Below are positions 35,134 through 45,042 of a stretch of 52,767 nucleotides of DNA, in pieces (positions within the stretch are counted from its first letter, which is position 1; the number at the start of each line of letters is the position of its first letter). The position numbers were made by a program, and so were the translations under genes. Below the pieces are notes generated by a model. The model searched no databases. It saw nothing but the letters and a program-made list of their open reading frames with translations, and was not told where the DNA came from. The DNA is from a virus (Duplodnaviria > Caudoviricetes). The stretch spans positions 1 to 52,767 of the IMG/VR virus record IMGVR_UViG_3300034524_000183; one strand, written 5' to 3'.

Positions 35134-37449
35134 ATGGCAGACATGAAGACAATGGGCCTCAGCTTTGTCATCGGCTCTACGCTGGCAGCAGGATTCGATG
35201 GCAATCTCACCAAGGCGGAAAAGCATCTCAAGCGTATGGGAGACGCTGTTTCCGGTCTGGAGAGCCAAGCGCCGGTCAAGCTCGGCCAGTCTTTCGATAC
35301 CTTGCGCGGCAAGCTGGTATCTTCCCGCCGAGCCCTCTCTGAAGCCGAAAGGGAACTGGAATCCCTGAACGCAGAGGCAGAGCGCTCGGGGGGCATGCAC
35401 GGTCTTTTGGCCCACCGGATAGCCTCCACGGAAAAGCGCATAGGCACCCTGTCACGAGATGTGGACAAGAACCGCCGTGCCTTCCGGAACAACCTTGTGG
35501 AGATGGACCGGCAGGGTTTTTCCGTCAAAAGCCTGCGTAGCGAATATGACAAGCTTGGTGATGCGCTGGACAAGTCGCGTATCAAATATGACCGCTTTGC
35601 CGCCAGCATGGCAAAGAGCAAGGCCTATGCGGATCGGCGTGCCGAGCTACGGGCAGGTGCCATGGACGTGGTTGCCATGGGGGCAAGCGTTGCTGCCCCG
35701 TTCATGCTGGCTGCGCGTGAAGAAGACTCGCAGATCCGGCTTGAGGACGCGTTGAACGCCGATAATAAGCCCGCCGCTATGATGGAAGCGCAAAAGCACG
35801 CCCGTGGCCTTGCCCGCACCGGCCTTGTTGATCTTACCGGAGCCTATGATATTCAGTATGCGCTGAACTCCGCAGGGCTGGATGCTCAGGCCGCACGGGC
35901 AGGCTCCACGGTTGTGGCGAAAGTGGCAAAGATCACCAATGGTGCTGCCGAAGGTGTGGGTGAAGTCATCGCCACCGCCTACAACAACCTCGGCAAGTCG
36001 CTGGGCGGCACTGCCGATGAGAACATGCAGCGCATTGGTGACCTGCTTACCAAGACGCAGCTCAAGTTCCAGTTCCGCGATTTCAGCCAGCTTGGCGAAT
36101 CGCTGAACGAGGCAGCATCCGGCTTCGCTTCCTACAAGGTGAACCTTGAACAGGGCCTTACCCTGCTGGGCCAGCTGAACACTGCAGGCGTGAAGGGCAG
36201 CAGCGCCGGTACCGCGTTCAACGCTGTGCTGCGGCAGCTTGGCAAGGCACAGCAGAAGTGGGGCATTGAGATCGTCCGCACCAAGAACGGCGAACTCGAC
36301 ATGCTCGCCACACTGAAGCAGGTAAACGATGCTGTCGGCGGCATGGATACCGATGCACGGGCGCAGGCCCTGCAGGAAGTCTTCGGCGATGAAGGCCGCA
36401 AGGGTATCGCCCCCCTGCTGGATGCCCTCAAGGATTTGCCTGCCGCGCTGCAGGATGTAAGGGACAATTCTCGTGGCATCATGGATGCCCGCATGGAACG
36501 CCACCTTGCCGCCTCTTCCACACAATGGAAGGCCATGACAAACAATGCCATGATGCTGGGTGCCACCATGGGCTCGGTGCTCCTGCCCTCCCTGAATATG
36601 GGCATTCAGGCAATCAACTCCATTCTGGTACCCATAGCCGAGTTTGCCGCCGGGCATGAAACCCTGACCACCGTAATCGGTGGCACGGTGGCCGGTTTCA
36701 TAGCCTTCAGGCTCGCCGTGTTTGCGGCCCGCTACATCAGTCTTTCCTGCAAAGACACCTACGAGATATTAAACAGGACCACCATGCGCCTCGGCATGGG
36801 CCAGAAGTCCGCTGCAGCGAGCACAACCGCACTCAGTTTTGCCCAGCGCCGGGCTGCCATCACCTCCAGCATCATGGGCAGGGCACAGCGGGGTGCCGCC
36901 ATGGGTTCCACCTTCCTTGCCGGAGGCATCCGCATGGTGGGTACAGCCATCAAGGCTGCCTTCATGGCAAACCCCATCGGCGTGGGCATTATGGCCGTTA
37001 CCACCCTCTGGCAACTCGGCACGGCGCTCTATGAAAGCTGGACTCCCTTCCGTCAGCTTATCGACTGGATATGGGAAGGCCTCGGCAAGATGGGGGACAC
37101 CATCAAGGGCATGCCCATCATCGGCGATGTGATCGGCTTCTTCTCCGGCGACAGCAAGTCTGCTGCACCTTCTGGCAAGGTAGCCGCCCCCCGCATGGGC
37201 GAAACCCTGCCGGATGCGCCGGAGCTCGACCCAATGCCCGGTATGGAAGCTGCCATCAATCAGGCCCCTGCAGCACTCAGCGCCAATGCCCCTGTCACCA
37301 TATCCATTCAGCAGGATTTCACCATTGCCAGCGGCGACGCCGGAACCGTGAAGACGGCGCTGGATTCCGGAAGGCGCGAGCTCGAGGCCACGGTCACTCG
37401 CATCATCGACGACTACTTCAGAAAACAGCGGAGAGTTTCCCTTGCCTAG
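35134..37449 (+). CDS. Tape measure protein
   Basis: 771 aa, Ala/Gly-rich; GVKGSSAGTA, VFGDEG and ANPIG motifs. Confidence 0.92.
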   Translation: MADMKTMGLSFVIGSTLAAGFDGNLTKAEKHLKRMGDAVSGLESQAPVKLGQSFDTLRGKLVSSRRALSEAERELESLNAEAERSGGMHGLLAHRIASTEKRIGTLSRDVDKNRRAFRNNLVEMDRQGFSVKSLRSEYDKLGDALDKSRIKYDRFAASMAKSKAYADRRAELRAGAMDVVAMGASVAAPFMLAAREEDSQIRLEDALNADNKPAAMMEAQKHARGLARTGLVDLTGAYDIQYALNSAGLDAQAARAGSTVVAKVAKITNGAAEGVGEVIATAYNNLGKSLGGTADENMQRIGDLLTKTQLKFQFRDFSQLGESLNEAASGFASYKVNLEQGLTLLGQLNTAGVKGSSAGTAFNAVLRQLGKAQQKWGIEIVRTKNGELDMLATLKQVNDAVGGMDTDARAQALQEVFGDEGRKGIAPLLDALKDLPAALQDVRDNSRGIMDARMERHLAASSTQWKAMTNNAMMLGATMGSVLLPSLNMGIQAINSILVPIAEFAAGHETLTTVIGGTVAGFIAFRLAVFAARYISLSCKDTYEILNRTTMRLGMGQKSAAASTTALSFAQRRAAITSSIMGRAQRGAAMGSTFLAGGIRMVGTAIKAAFMANPIGVGIMAVTTLWQLGTALYESWTPFRQLIDWIWEGLGKMGDTIKGMPIIGDVIGFFSGDSKSAAPSGKVAAPRMGETLPDAPELDPMPGMEAAINQAPAALSANAPVTISIQQDFTIASGDAGTVKTALDSGRRELEATVTRIIDDYFRKQRRVSLA

Positions 37450-37645
37450 TGCCTACATCTGCCAGTCCGGTGAAACGCTGGATTCCATAGCCCGTGCCAT
37501 ATGGGGGGATGAACGCCTGTTCGAGCGCCTGACGGATGCCAACCCGCAGTATCGCGGCACGGCCATCTTTGAGGGCGGCGAACGGCTTACCGTTCCGGAC
37601 CTGCCTGCCGTGGCAACCACGGTCAAGGCTCCGTGGGAGGAATAG
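37442..37645 (+). CDS. Tail protein X (LysM-like)
   Basis: GETLDSIA..IWG...ANP...G..L.VP...PW. Confidence 0.85.
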   Translation: MPSAYICQSGETLDSIARAIWGDERLFERLTDANPQYRGTAIFEGGERLTVPDLPAVATTVKAPWEE

Positions 37646-37647
37646 CC

Positions 37648-38670
37648 ATGCGTACCCGTACCGCCCGATTCGAGATCCTCTGCCGGGGAAAAAACGTGAG
37701 CGCGGCCCTTGCGCCCTACCTTGAATCCGTCACGTGGGAGGACAACGCGCAATCCTCGCAGTCAGACAGCATTGAGCTCCGGCTTGAGGACAGGGACGGC
37801 CTGTTTCGCGGCCCATGGAAATTGAGCAAGGGCGACAAGCTCGAGGCCACGCTCATTGTGGAAGATTGGCAGCGCGAGGGCGACAGCGTCCGCCTGCGGT
37901 GCGGCACCTTTGAGGTCGACGAACTGGAGTACGAATATGGCGAGGGAGGCGACAAGCTCTCCCTCAAGGGTATTTCCAGCATGGTGACCAGCACCCTGCG
38001 CCGGGAAAAGAAAACCCGTGCATGGGAAGCCACAACCCTTTCCCGCGTGCTCTCTGAGATTGCAGCAGCGCAGGGCTTCAGCCCCCGATTCGGTGGCGAC
38101 GATGTTTCCCTTGCCCGGCTGGATCAGCGCGAGGAATCAGACGCGGCCCTGCTCACCCGGCTCGCCAAAGCACACGGCAAGGCCTTCAAGGTCTACTCCG
38201 GCCAGCTGGTGATGATGGATGAAAAGGCGCAGGACGCAAAGCCCGCTGCTGGCAACATCTCGCGGGATGGCGGGGAGCTTAAACGCCTCAGCCTGCGGGA
38301 CAGCCTTGCGGACATCTACAGCGCCTGCACGGTCACTTATCATGATGCCGCCGCCAATGTGACGCAGGAATACACCTACGCCCCGCCTGATGCGCCGGAA
38401 TCAGGCCAGACGCTCAAGATCTCCGACCGCGTGGAGAGCCGTGCTGCGGCAGAAGAACGCGCAAAGACCGAACTGCGCCGCAAGAACAAGCTGGAGACAA
38501 GCGGCAATATCGAGATCATGGGCAACCCGCGTTTCATCGGCGGCGCTGTCTGCGGGGTTGCCGGTTTCGGCTGGTTGGATGGCACATATTTCATAGAGCA
38601 GTCGCGGCACACCGTGGACGACAGCGGCTACTCTACCGCGCTTTCCGTGCGCAGAACCATGGACTGGTAG
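37648..38670 (+). CDS. Baseplate hub/late control protein D
   Basis: SDSIELRLED, GTFEVDE, Q.EESDAALL.RLA and GNP motifs. Confidence 0.88.
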   Translation: MRTRTARFEILCRGKNVSAALAPYLESVTWEDNAQSSQSDSIELRLEDRDGLFRGPWKLSKGDKLEATLIVEDWQREGDSVRLRCGTFEVDELEYEYGEGGDKLSLKGISSMVTSTLRREKKTRAWEATTLSRVLSEIAAAQGFSPRFGGDDVSLARLDQREESDAALLTRLAKAHGKAFKVYSGQLVMMDEKAQDAKPAAGNISRDGGELKRLSLRDSLADIYSACTVTYHDAAANVTQEYTYAPPDAPESGQTLKISDRVESRAAAEERAKTELRRKNKLETSGNIEIMGNPRFIGGAVCGVAGFGWLDGTYFIEQSRHTVDDSGYSTALSVRRTMDW

Positions 38671-38679
38671 GGGGGCGCT

Positions 38680-39351
38680 ATGGTGCAGGAATTTCTGGAA
38701 CGGCTCGGAGGGCTGGAAGCACTTGTCCGCCAGCTGGTGCGCGTGGGCACGGTGGCGAGCGTGAACGATGCGGCAGGCACCTGCCGCGTCACGCTGCCGG
38801 ATGCCGACAACATGCAGACCTATGATCTGCGCGTGATCCAGCGCAAGACGCACAAGGACAAGAACTCTGTGCTGCCCGATGTGGGTGAGCATGTGCTCTG
38901 CCTCTTCCTGCCATACGGACAGGAGCAGGGCTTTGTGCTGGGAGCTTTCTATTCGGCAACGGACCTGCCCCCGGTATCCACACGCGATAAGGCGCACTGG
39001 ACCTTCGCAGACGGCACCGTGCTCGAATATGACCGCAAGCTCCACAGGCTCTCGGGCAAGGTGCAGGGCTCCGTGGAGATAACGGCCACGGGCGACATCT
39101 CGGCCACTTCCGAAACCAGTGTGCACCTGCAAGCGCCGGAGATAACCGTGCAGGGAGGCCAGATAAACTACCTTGGCCCCATGACTGCCGGCAGCGCGGA
39201 TGCTCCCAACACATGGCAGCTGAACGGCCCCATGGAACATAGATCCGGAGACTATACCAATCCGCAGAATGACGTTGTGGCCAGTGGCGTTTCGCTGGTG
39301 AACCACACGCACACATGCCCGACCTGCGGCGAGACGGGGAAGCCTAAATGA
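38680..39351 (+). CDS. Baseplate spike protein V
   Basis: VRVGTV, LPDVGEHV, FADGT..EYD and C-terminal SLVNHTH. Confidence 0.9.
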   Translation: MVQEFLERLGGLEALVRQLVRVGTVASVNDAAGTCRVTLPDADNMQTYDLRVIQRKTHKDKNSVLPDVGEHVLCLFLPYGQEQGFVLGAFYSATDLPPVSTRDKAHWTFADGTVLEYDRKLHRLSGKVQGSVEITATGDISATSETSVHLQAPEITVQGGQINYLGPMTAGSADAPNTWQLNGPMEHRSGDYTNPQNDVVASGVSLVNHTHTCPTCGETGKPK

Positions 39352-40214
39352 GCCTGCGCACCACACTGATTAATGAACTCTTTTCCAACGGGCGCTGCCG
39401 CAACGGTGTGCTCAGCGTCTGCGAGGCCATTGCGGATGAAGAGAACACCACCCTGCAGGCGGCAGGGCTGGACACCTTTTCCCGCCAGATGGATAGGGAG
39501 TACCGCTCCTTTTCCGGTGATGCCGCAGAGGTGGCCGGACTGCAGGGGAGCAGCTCTAAGGCCGAACGCGTGGTGCAGCTTGCCCTGCGCAACCGGTATG
39601 CGGACGGGATAGGTCCGCAGGCATGGGCGCTATGGCAGGACACTGACCTGCGTAACGCACTGAAGGACTGTATTGCCCGTGGCATAGCGGCAGAAAAGCC
39701 CGATGCGGCCATTGCCGACGATGTGACCGAAGTGCTGGCGGAGAACACCGAGCAGGCAACGCCTCCAGCACTTCCGATGCCGGAAGTGCCCACGCGGACA
39801 ACCGCAGAGATCCCCAAGTTTTCCGGCGGCAATGTGGGCAGCTTCGGGCCTGTGGGCTTCTCTGTCTCCCGCGAAACGGTGCATACCATGCACGACATTT
39901 CCCGCAAGCGCAGTGCCCGCTTTGCCGAGCACGGCATCATGAACGCACCGCCCAAGCTGCAATTTCAGGGCATGGGGCTGTGGGAAGCCAGTTTTCGCAT
40001 CCGGCTTACTTCCGCGCTCTGTGCCGATCCTGCAAAGCGCATTGCAACACTTGTGGCAGTGCACGAATCCGGCAAGGCCCATCCGCTTGTGATCGGCGGG
40101 CGCAACCTCGGCACCTTTGTGCTGGTTGATATGGATATCACCGAGCGGACGCACGGCCCCAAGGGGGTGCTCATGTCGGCTGATCTATCCCTCTCTCTGA
40201 AGGAGTATCGCTGA
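39348..40214 (+). CDS. P2 GpU-like tube initiator with long N-terminal extension
   Basis: C-terminal half GSFGPVGF...R.A.H...P.LQF.G...LVIGG..LG...LSLKEY. Confidence 0.75.
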   Translation: MSLRTTLINELFSNGRCRNGVLSVCEAIADEENTTLQAAGLDTFSRQMDREYRSFSGDAAEVAGLQGSSSKAERVVQLALRNRYADGIGPQAWALWQDTDLRNALKDCIARGIAAEKPDAAIADDVTEVLAENTEQATPPALPMPEVPTRTTAEIPKFSGGNVGSFGPVGFSVSRETVHTMHDISRKRSARFAEHGIMNAPPKLQFQGMGLWEASFRIRLTSALCADPAKRIATLVAVHESGKAHPLVIGGRNLGTFVLVDMDITERTHGPKGVLMSADLSLSLKEYR

Positions 40215-40534
40215 TGTACCTCGTCGACATGCGCGAAACCACGCGCCAGATCATAGGAGCCACCGGCATTACGGAGATTGTCCAGAATGCCCGCAACATC
40301 CTTGGCACCACAAAGGGCACCGTGCCGCTCGACCGCACCTTCGGTGTGCGCCTGCGCTTTCTGGACAGGCCCCTGCCGGAGGCTATGGCAGAATACACCG
40401 GCGAGATCGTTGCCGAGCTGCAGGCACAGGAGCCCCGCCTCAAGGTGGAGTCCGTCACCTTTGCCGCAAAGCCGGACGATGCCGTTGACGGGCGGTTGTA
40501 TCCCATTGTGACCATCAGCATTGAGGGAGCCTAG
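40214..40534 (+). CDS. Baseplate wedge protein W/gp25
   Basis: IVQN...IL.T.KGTVPLDRTFG...EPR. Confidence 0.88.
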   Translation: MYLVDMRETTRQIIGATGITEIVQNARNILGTTKGTVPLDRTFGVRLRFLDRPLPEAMAEYTGEIVAELQAQEPRLKVESVTFAAKPDDAVDGRLYPIVTISIEGA

Positions 40535-40537
40535 ACC

Positions 40538-41638
40538 ATGTCGCAGACCATCCGATTTGTCGAAACCGATCCCGCCGCCATCGAGGCGCGGATGATTTCC
40601 ACCTACGAGGCCATAACCGGCAACAAGCTTTATCCCGGTGCGCCGGAGCGGCTCTTTGTGGAGAGCGTTGCCATGGAACATGCCCTGCTGCGGCAGGAGC
40701 AGGACCACGCTGCCCGCATGAATCTGGTGCAATATGCGGAAGGTGAGTTTCTCGAATGCCTCGGTGCCTTTGTGGATACCCATCGCCTGCCTCCGGAAGC
40801 AGCCGGGGTTACCCTGCGCTTTGCCGTGGATCCCGATGCCGGAGGCATTGTCATCCCCGCCGGAACCCGCGCCACACCAGATGGCACGTTGCTCTTTGCC
40901 ACCGATGCCGATGCCGCCGTGCCTGCCGGAACCACCTACATGGATGTGGCCGCAACCTGCACGGTTACGGGAACCAAGGGCAACGGCTTCACGGCAGGCC
41001 AGATAGCCCGCCTGAGCGATCCGGTATCCGGCGTAACGGGCGTGAGCAACACAACCACCAGCATGGCCGGAGCTGATGCGGAGGATGATGAACATCTGCG
41101 CAGCCGCATCCTGCTGGCTCCGGGGCGTTTTTCCTCCGCCGGTCCTGCCGATGCCTACACCTATTGGGCCATGACCGCGCATAGAGACATCATCGATGTG
41201 GCAGTGCTCTCACCCGCGCCCTGCGAAATAGAGGTGTACCCGCTCATGCGCGGAGGGCAGTTGCCGCAGGCTGCCGTGCTGGAGCTGGTCGAGACCATTC
41301 TCACCGACAAGAAGCACCGGCCCATGGGTGACCGGGTCACTGTGGCAGCGCCGGTGGAGCAGCCCTATGCCATCTCTGTTGTCTGGTATGCGGACGATCC
41401 TGTCACACAGGCGCAGACGGAAGAGGCCGTTACCAAGGCTGTGGACGCTTTCATCGCGTGGCAGCGTGCCAAGCTGGGACGGGATGTGAACCCTTCCGAA
41501 CTGATCTATCGGCTGCGTGCCGCCGGGGCCAAGCGCGTGGAGCTCGCAAGCCCGGCCTTTGCCGTGGTGGCCGAGCATGCGCTTGCCGTGCCTGACGGTG
41601 CGCCCGTTATCACCTTCGGCGGGCTGGAGTCGGCATAA
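40538..41638 (+). CDS. Baseplate J protein
   Basis: IPAGTR, G..GNG, GADAEDDE.LRSR and AGP..AY motifs. Confidence 0.92.
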   Translation: MSQTIRFVETDPAAIEARMISTYEAITGNKLYPGAPERLFVESVAMEHALLRQEQDHAARMNLVQYAEGEFLECLGAFVDTHRLPPEAAGVTLRFAVDPDAGGIVIPAGTRATPDGTLLFATDADAAVPAGTTYMDVAATCTVTGTKGNGFTAGQIARLSDPVSGVTGVSNTTTSMAGADAEDDEHLRSRILLAPGRFSSAGPADAYTYWAMTAHRDIIDVAVLSPAPCEIEVYPLMRGGQLPQAAVLELVETILTDKKHRPMGDRVTVAAPVEQPYAISVVWYADDPVTQAQTEEAVTKAVDAFIAWQRAKLGRDVNPSELIYRLRAAGAKRVELASPAFAVVAEHALAVPDGAPVITFGGLESA

Positions 41639-42291
41639 TGGCAAAGGTCACCGACATACACCTTTCGCAACTGCTACCGGATTCCATCGACAAGGATCCG
41701 GTCATGCTGGCCTGTGCCGAGGCTGCGGACATGGAATGTGCCCGCATCATTGCAGACATTCCCGTACCTGCCGTTCTTTCCCGCGTGGACGAGCTGCAGG
41801 AGCCCATGCTCTCCCTGCTCGCCAAGCAGTTCCGCGTGCTGTTCTGGGCGGACACCCTGCCCGTTGCCAAGAAACGCGATCTCATCCGCAAGGCGCTGAT
41901 CTGGCGCATGCATCACGGCACTGTGTACTGCGTGGAAGATGCACTTGCCACGCTCTACGGCAACGGCACCGTGCGCCAGTGGTTTGAATACGGCGGCACA
42001 CCCGGCACCTTCCGCATCGAGGTGGAAGTCACCGACATGGGACTGGATCAGGAGCTCTACGGCCAGATCGACACAGTTGTGGAGGCCACCAAACGCAAGA
42101 GCCAGCATCCGGACGGCATCACCGTGTTTCTCACCGGCTATGGCAGCCCCTATGTCGGGGCGCAGCTCTCCGGCGGCGAGCTCATCACCGTGTATCCGTG
42201 GGAACCAGCTACACCGGATGTTCCCCCTGCTGATATCCGCTTCGGTGTCGGCTATCAGAGCGCAGAAATTTCCTACATCAACCCCCTGTAG
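41638..42291 (+). CDS. Tail protein I (P2-like)
   Basis: LAKQF.V.FW, KRDLI...HGT and WFEYGG.PG.F motifs. Confidence 0.88.
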   Translation: MAKVTDIHLSQLLPDSIDKDPVMLACAEAADMECARIIADIPVPAVLSRVDELQEPMLSLLAKQFRVLFWADTLPVAKKRDLIRKALIWRMHHGTVYCVEDALATLYGNGTVRQWFEYGGTPGTFRIEVEVTDMGLDQELYGQIDTVVEATKRKSQHPDGITVFLTGYGSPYVGAQLSGGELITVYPWEPATPDVPPADIRFGVGYQSAEISYINPL

Positions 42292-42305
42292 CCACGGAGG
42301 AAACC

Positions 42306-43868
42306 GTGCCCAACTATTACACTCTTCTGACCAACAAAGGGAAAGCCAAGCTTGCTGCAGCCCAGAACGGCACGCCGGTGCAGATTACCGAGTTCGCGCT
42401 GGGCGACGGCAACGGCAGCGACATTGTACCCAGCGAGGCTATGATAGCGCTGGTTCGCGAAGTGCACCGCCGCCCTGTGAACTCCATCTACATCCATCCG
42501 CAGAACCCCAACTGGACCGTTGCCGAAGTCGTGGTGCCGCAGGACGTGGGCGGCTTCACCGTGCGCGAGGTGGGCCTGTATGATGCCGATGGCGACCTCT
42601 TCGCCATTGGTGGCTACCCCACCACCTACAAGCCCCTGCTTGATAGCGGCGTGGGCAAAGAGCTGTGCCTTCGCGCCGTGCTTGCCATCAGCAATGCTTC
42701 CACCATCAAGCTGACCATTGATCCTTCCGTGGTTACGGCCACGCGGGAGTTCGTGGATCGGGCCATGGCGATGCATAACGATAGCCCGGATGCCCACGGC
42801 GAAGCCTTTCAAGCCCTTGCCGGGCATATTCAGGATAAGGACGACCCGCATGCAACGCTGCCTCCCGGTGGCGAGACGGGACAGGTGATCATCAAACAGG
42901 CAGACGGCTCCCTTGCGTGGGGTTCCGTGGCTGGTATGCCTGTTGGCACCTTGCACTTCCCGAGCACCGGCAAGCCGGATCCCGGCTCCGTGGCCGTGAA
43001 CGTGAAGCAGAAGTTCCTGCGCACCGTCTATCCTCAGCTCGTGGCCCGTGTACTTGCCGATGGGGGCTACCTTGCCACCGAAGAGGCATGGGATGCCGCT
43101 GCAGCAACGAATGAAGGCAGCTGCGGGCGTTACGCGTTAACAGACACGCACATCATCCTACCGTGCTACCGGCATTATTGGGCTGCAGCTCAGCCGGGTG
43201 TAACGGGTAAAGAGGCGGGGGATTGGGCTGAAGACGCTATCCGGAATATTATGGGTGAGGTAGGGCTGACTGATAATATTGGATTTTTGACTAACGCTTC
43301 AGGAAGTTCTGGTGCTCTGACAACCGGGGCGTTCCGCAATATTGGCCTAACTGCATCAGGAGGGACTGCATATAATGTAGCATTTGATGCATCCCGCGTT
43401 GTCCCTACAGCCGATGAAAACCGCCCCAAGACATCCTACTTGCTGCCCTGTATCAAAGTCGCTGATGTTGTGATCAACGCCTCTCAGGTTGATATGCTGG
43501 CGCTGGCTGGGCAGGTGGCCCAGATTAACGGGGGCAAAGTCGACAAAGGCGATGCCGAATATCGCAGCATAGTAGAACTGAAAGGCTCGCGTGGCGCTGC
43601 CGGAACGTGGACCATACCGGACTTGATTGTTGGGAAACCGCTGATTGTTTCCTTGACGGGCACATCTGATGATGGGGTGCTTTACAGAGTAGTCAGTGGC
43701 ACGCTGGATGCTGTGACAACATCTACCAGTCGCTATCACGGCATGGCCTCGCGAGCCAACTTTACCTCTGTCACTCCGTCATCGTTCGTGTTGATCCCGA
43801 CCGCCACCGTTGTTGAAATCTATATCCAAAACATTCAAACAGGGGCGACCCTGCGAGCCTATCAGTAG
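42306..43868 (+). CDS. Tail fibre protein (P2 gpH-type N-terminus)
   Basis: YYTLLT.KG..KLA, GDGNG, GGFTVREVGL and ATREFV; central EDAIRNI.G...FDASRVVPTADENRP module. Confidence 0.9.
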   Translation: MPNYYTLLTNKGKAKLAAAQNGTPVQITEFALGDGNGSDIVPSEAMIALVREVHRRPVNSIYIHPQNPNWTVAEVVVPQDVGGFTVREVGLYDADGDLFAIGGYPTTYKPLLDSGVGKELCLRAVLAISNASTIKLTIDPSVVTATREFVDRAMAMHNDSPDAHGEAFQALAGHIQDKDDPHATLPPGGETGQVIIKQADGSLAWGSVAGMPVGTLHFPSTGKPDPGSVAVNVKQKFLRTVYPQLVARVLADGGYLATEEAWDAAAATNEGSCGRYALTDTHIILPCYRHYWAAAQPGVTGKEAGDWAEDAIRNIMGEVGLTDNIGFLTNASGSSGALTTGAFRNIGLTASGGTAYNVAFDASRVVPTADENRPKTSYLLPCIKVADVVINASQVDMLALAGQVAQINGGKVDKGDAEYRSIVELKGSRGAAGTWTIPDLIVGKPLIVSLTGTSDDGVLYRVVSGTLDAVTTSTSRYHGMASRANFTSVTPSSFVLIPTATVVEIYIQNIQTGATLRAYQ

Positions 43869-43880
43869 GAGAACCTCTCC

Positions 43881-44351
43881 ATGCCTAGTACAATTCGTGT
43901 GTTTATTCTGGACAGCCGGGTGGTCAACACTGACAACGATGAAGATGCTGCCCTGTGGTTAAAGCGTGGTGCTCGTGAGCTTTCTGCTGATGAAATTGAC
44001 ACGACCTTCGGCGAACAGGCCCACCTTGCAGGCCCGCACAACTCCGTGGTGCATGCAGACGGCAGCATCACCTTTACCCCGGCTCCCTCCAGTCTCGAGG
44101 AACTGGCAGTGCTGGCCCGTGCAGAACGCAACCGGCTCATGCGTGAGGTCTATGACCCCGCCATGATGCAGCTGCTGCGCAGACACCGCACTGCTGTAAC
44201 CGCCGGAACCGATACCGCCGAAATCAACGCCAGCATTGCCGCGTGGGATGCCTACGCCGGTGCACTGGAAGGCGTGCCGGAACAGGCAGGCTTCCCGAAT
44301 GAAATCGTGTGGCCGCAGGCACCTGCAGCCAATGCGGAGCCTTCCGCGTAA
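43881..44351 (+). CDS. Tail fibre assembly chaperone
   Basis: RAERNRL...W.AY..AL..VPEQAGFP.EI.WP. Confidence 0.82.
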   Translation: MPSTIRVFILDSRVVNTDNDEDAALWLKRGARELSADEIDTTFGEQAHLAGPHNSVVHADGSITFTPAPSSLEELAVLARAERNRLMREVYDPAMMQLLRRHRTAVTAGTDTAEINASIAAWDAYAGALEGVPEQAGFPNEIVWPQAPAANAEPSA

Positions 44352-44374
44352 ACCCCACCTCCCCCCGACAACAT

Positions 44375-44425
44375 AAAAGGCTATAGCGGACCTCAACTTG
44401 CGTTGAGATGCGCTATAGCCTTTTT
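44375..44425. terminator. Long, probably bidirectional terminator hairpin ending the late operon
   Basis: AAAAGGCTATAGCG...CTCAAC-TTGC-GTTGAG...CGCTATAGCCTTTTT. Confidence 0.75.
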
Positions 44426-44441
44426 CTGCTAGATTGGGTCA

Positions 44442-44777
44442 ATGCGCGACTCAGTCTTCTGGGATCCGGTCCGGCACCTGCAACGGCACGGCATCTCCAT
44501 CCGCAAAGGCCTTCAAGGCCACGGCGAGCCCGAATTCATGCTTGAGTTCGAGCGCACACGCCCATGGCCTCCCGCCAAGATCCAGCGGGCTATTCAGCTT
44601 CTGGACCAGTACCGCAACCTCATCCGCCTGCAGCTGGATGTTCCCCCCGGCATGCCCTACCGCTCATGCGAATCGCTCCGCGCCAAGGGCTACATCAAGA
44701 TCGTGGAGCTCGGGCCACGGCAGCACAGGTATGTGCTGACGGAGTTGGGAAAGAGGGTGTTGGGGGGGAAGCAATAA
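44442..44777 (+). CDS. Hypothetical protein
   Basis: 111 aa ORF with phage-like codon usage; C-terminal winged-helix-like YVLTELG. Confidence 0.55.
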   Translation: MRDSVFWDPVRHLQRHGISIRKGLQGHGEPEFMLEFERTRPWPPAKIQRAIQLLDQYRNLIRLQLDVPPGMPYRSCESLRAKGYIKIVELGPRQHRYVLTELGKRVLGGKQ

Positions 44778-44796
44778 CTGGAGGGGCTACGCCTCT

Positions 44797-45033
44797 TCAC
44801 CCCAAATAGTACCGAATCACATCGGAAACTATATCAATTAGCTCGTCACGTAGAAAGCACAGCACTCCGGGGACAACAATTCCAAAAAAGAAGTAATCCA
44901 ACAGCGAGCCTGCAACTAAAAGAAAAAAAACAAGCCTACGCCCAGAATACCACTCAAACCAAGTTCCTTGAGATATGGGCAAAGCCTGAAGGGCCCTTTC
45001 CCAAAGCGGGACTCCGTCCGTACATCTCGCCAT
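44797..45033 (-). CDS. Small membrane protein
   Basis: GAGG RBS; hydrophobic segments; follows 45043-45744. Confidence 0.55.
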   Translation of the reverse strand: MARCTDGVPLWERALQALPISQGTWFEWYSGRRLVFFLLVAGSLLDYFFFGIVVPGVLCFLRDELIDIVSDVIRYYLG

Positions 45034-45042
45034 GGCTACCTC

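Noticed and set aside
42306-44777. Diversity-generating retroelement or invertible tail-fibre cassette
   Set aside because: No reverse transcriptase or invertase, and I found no template/variable repeat pair or inverted fibre copy.
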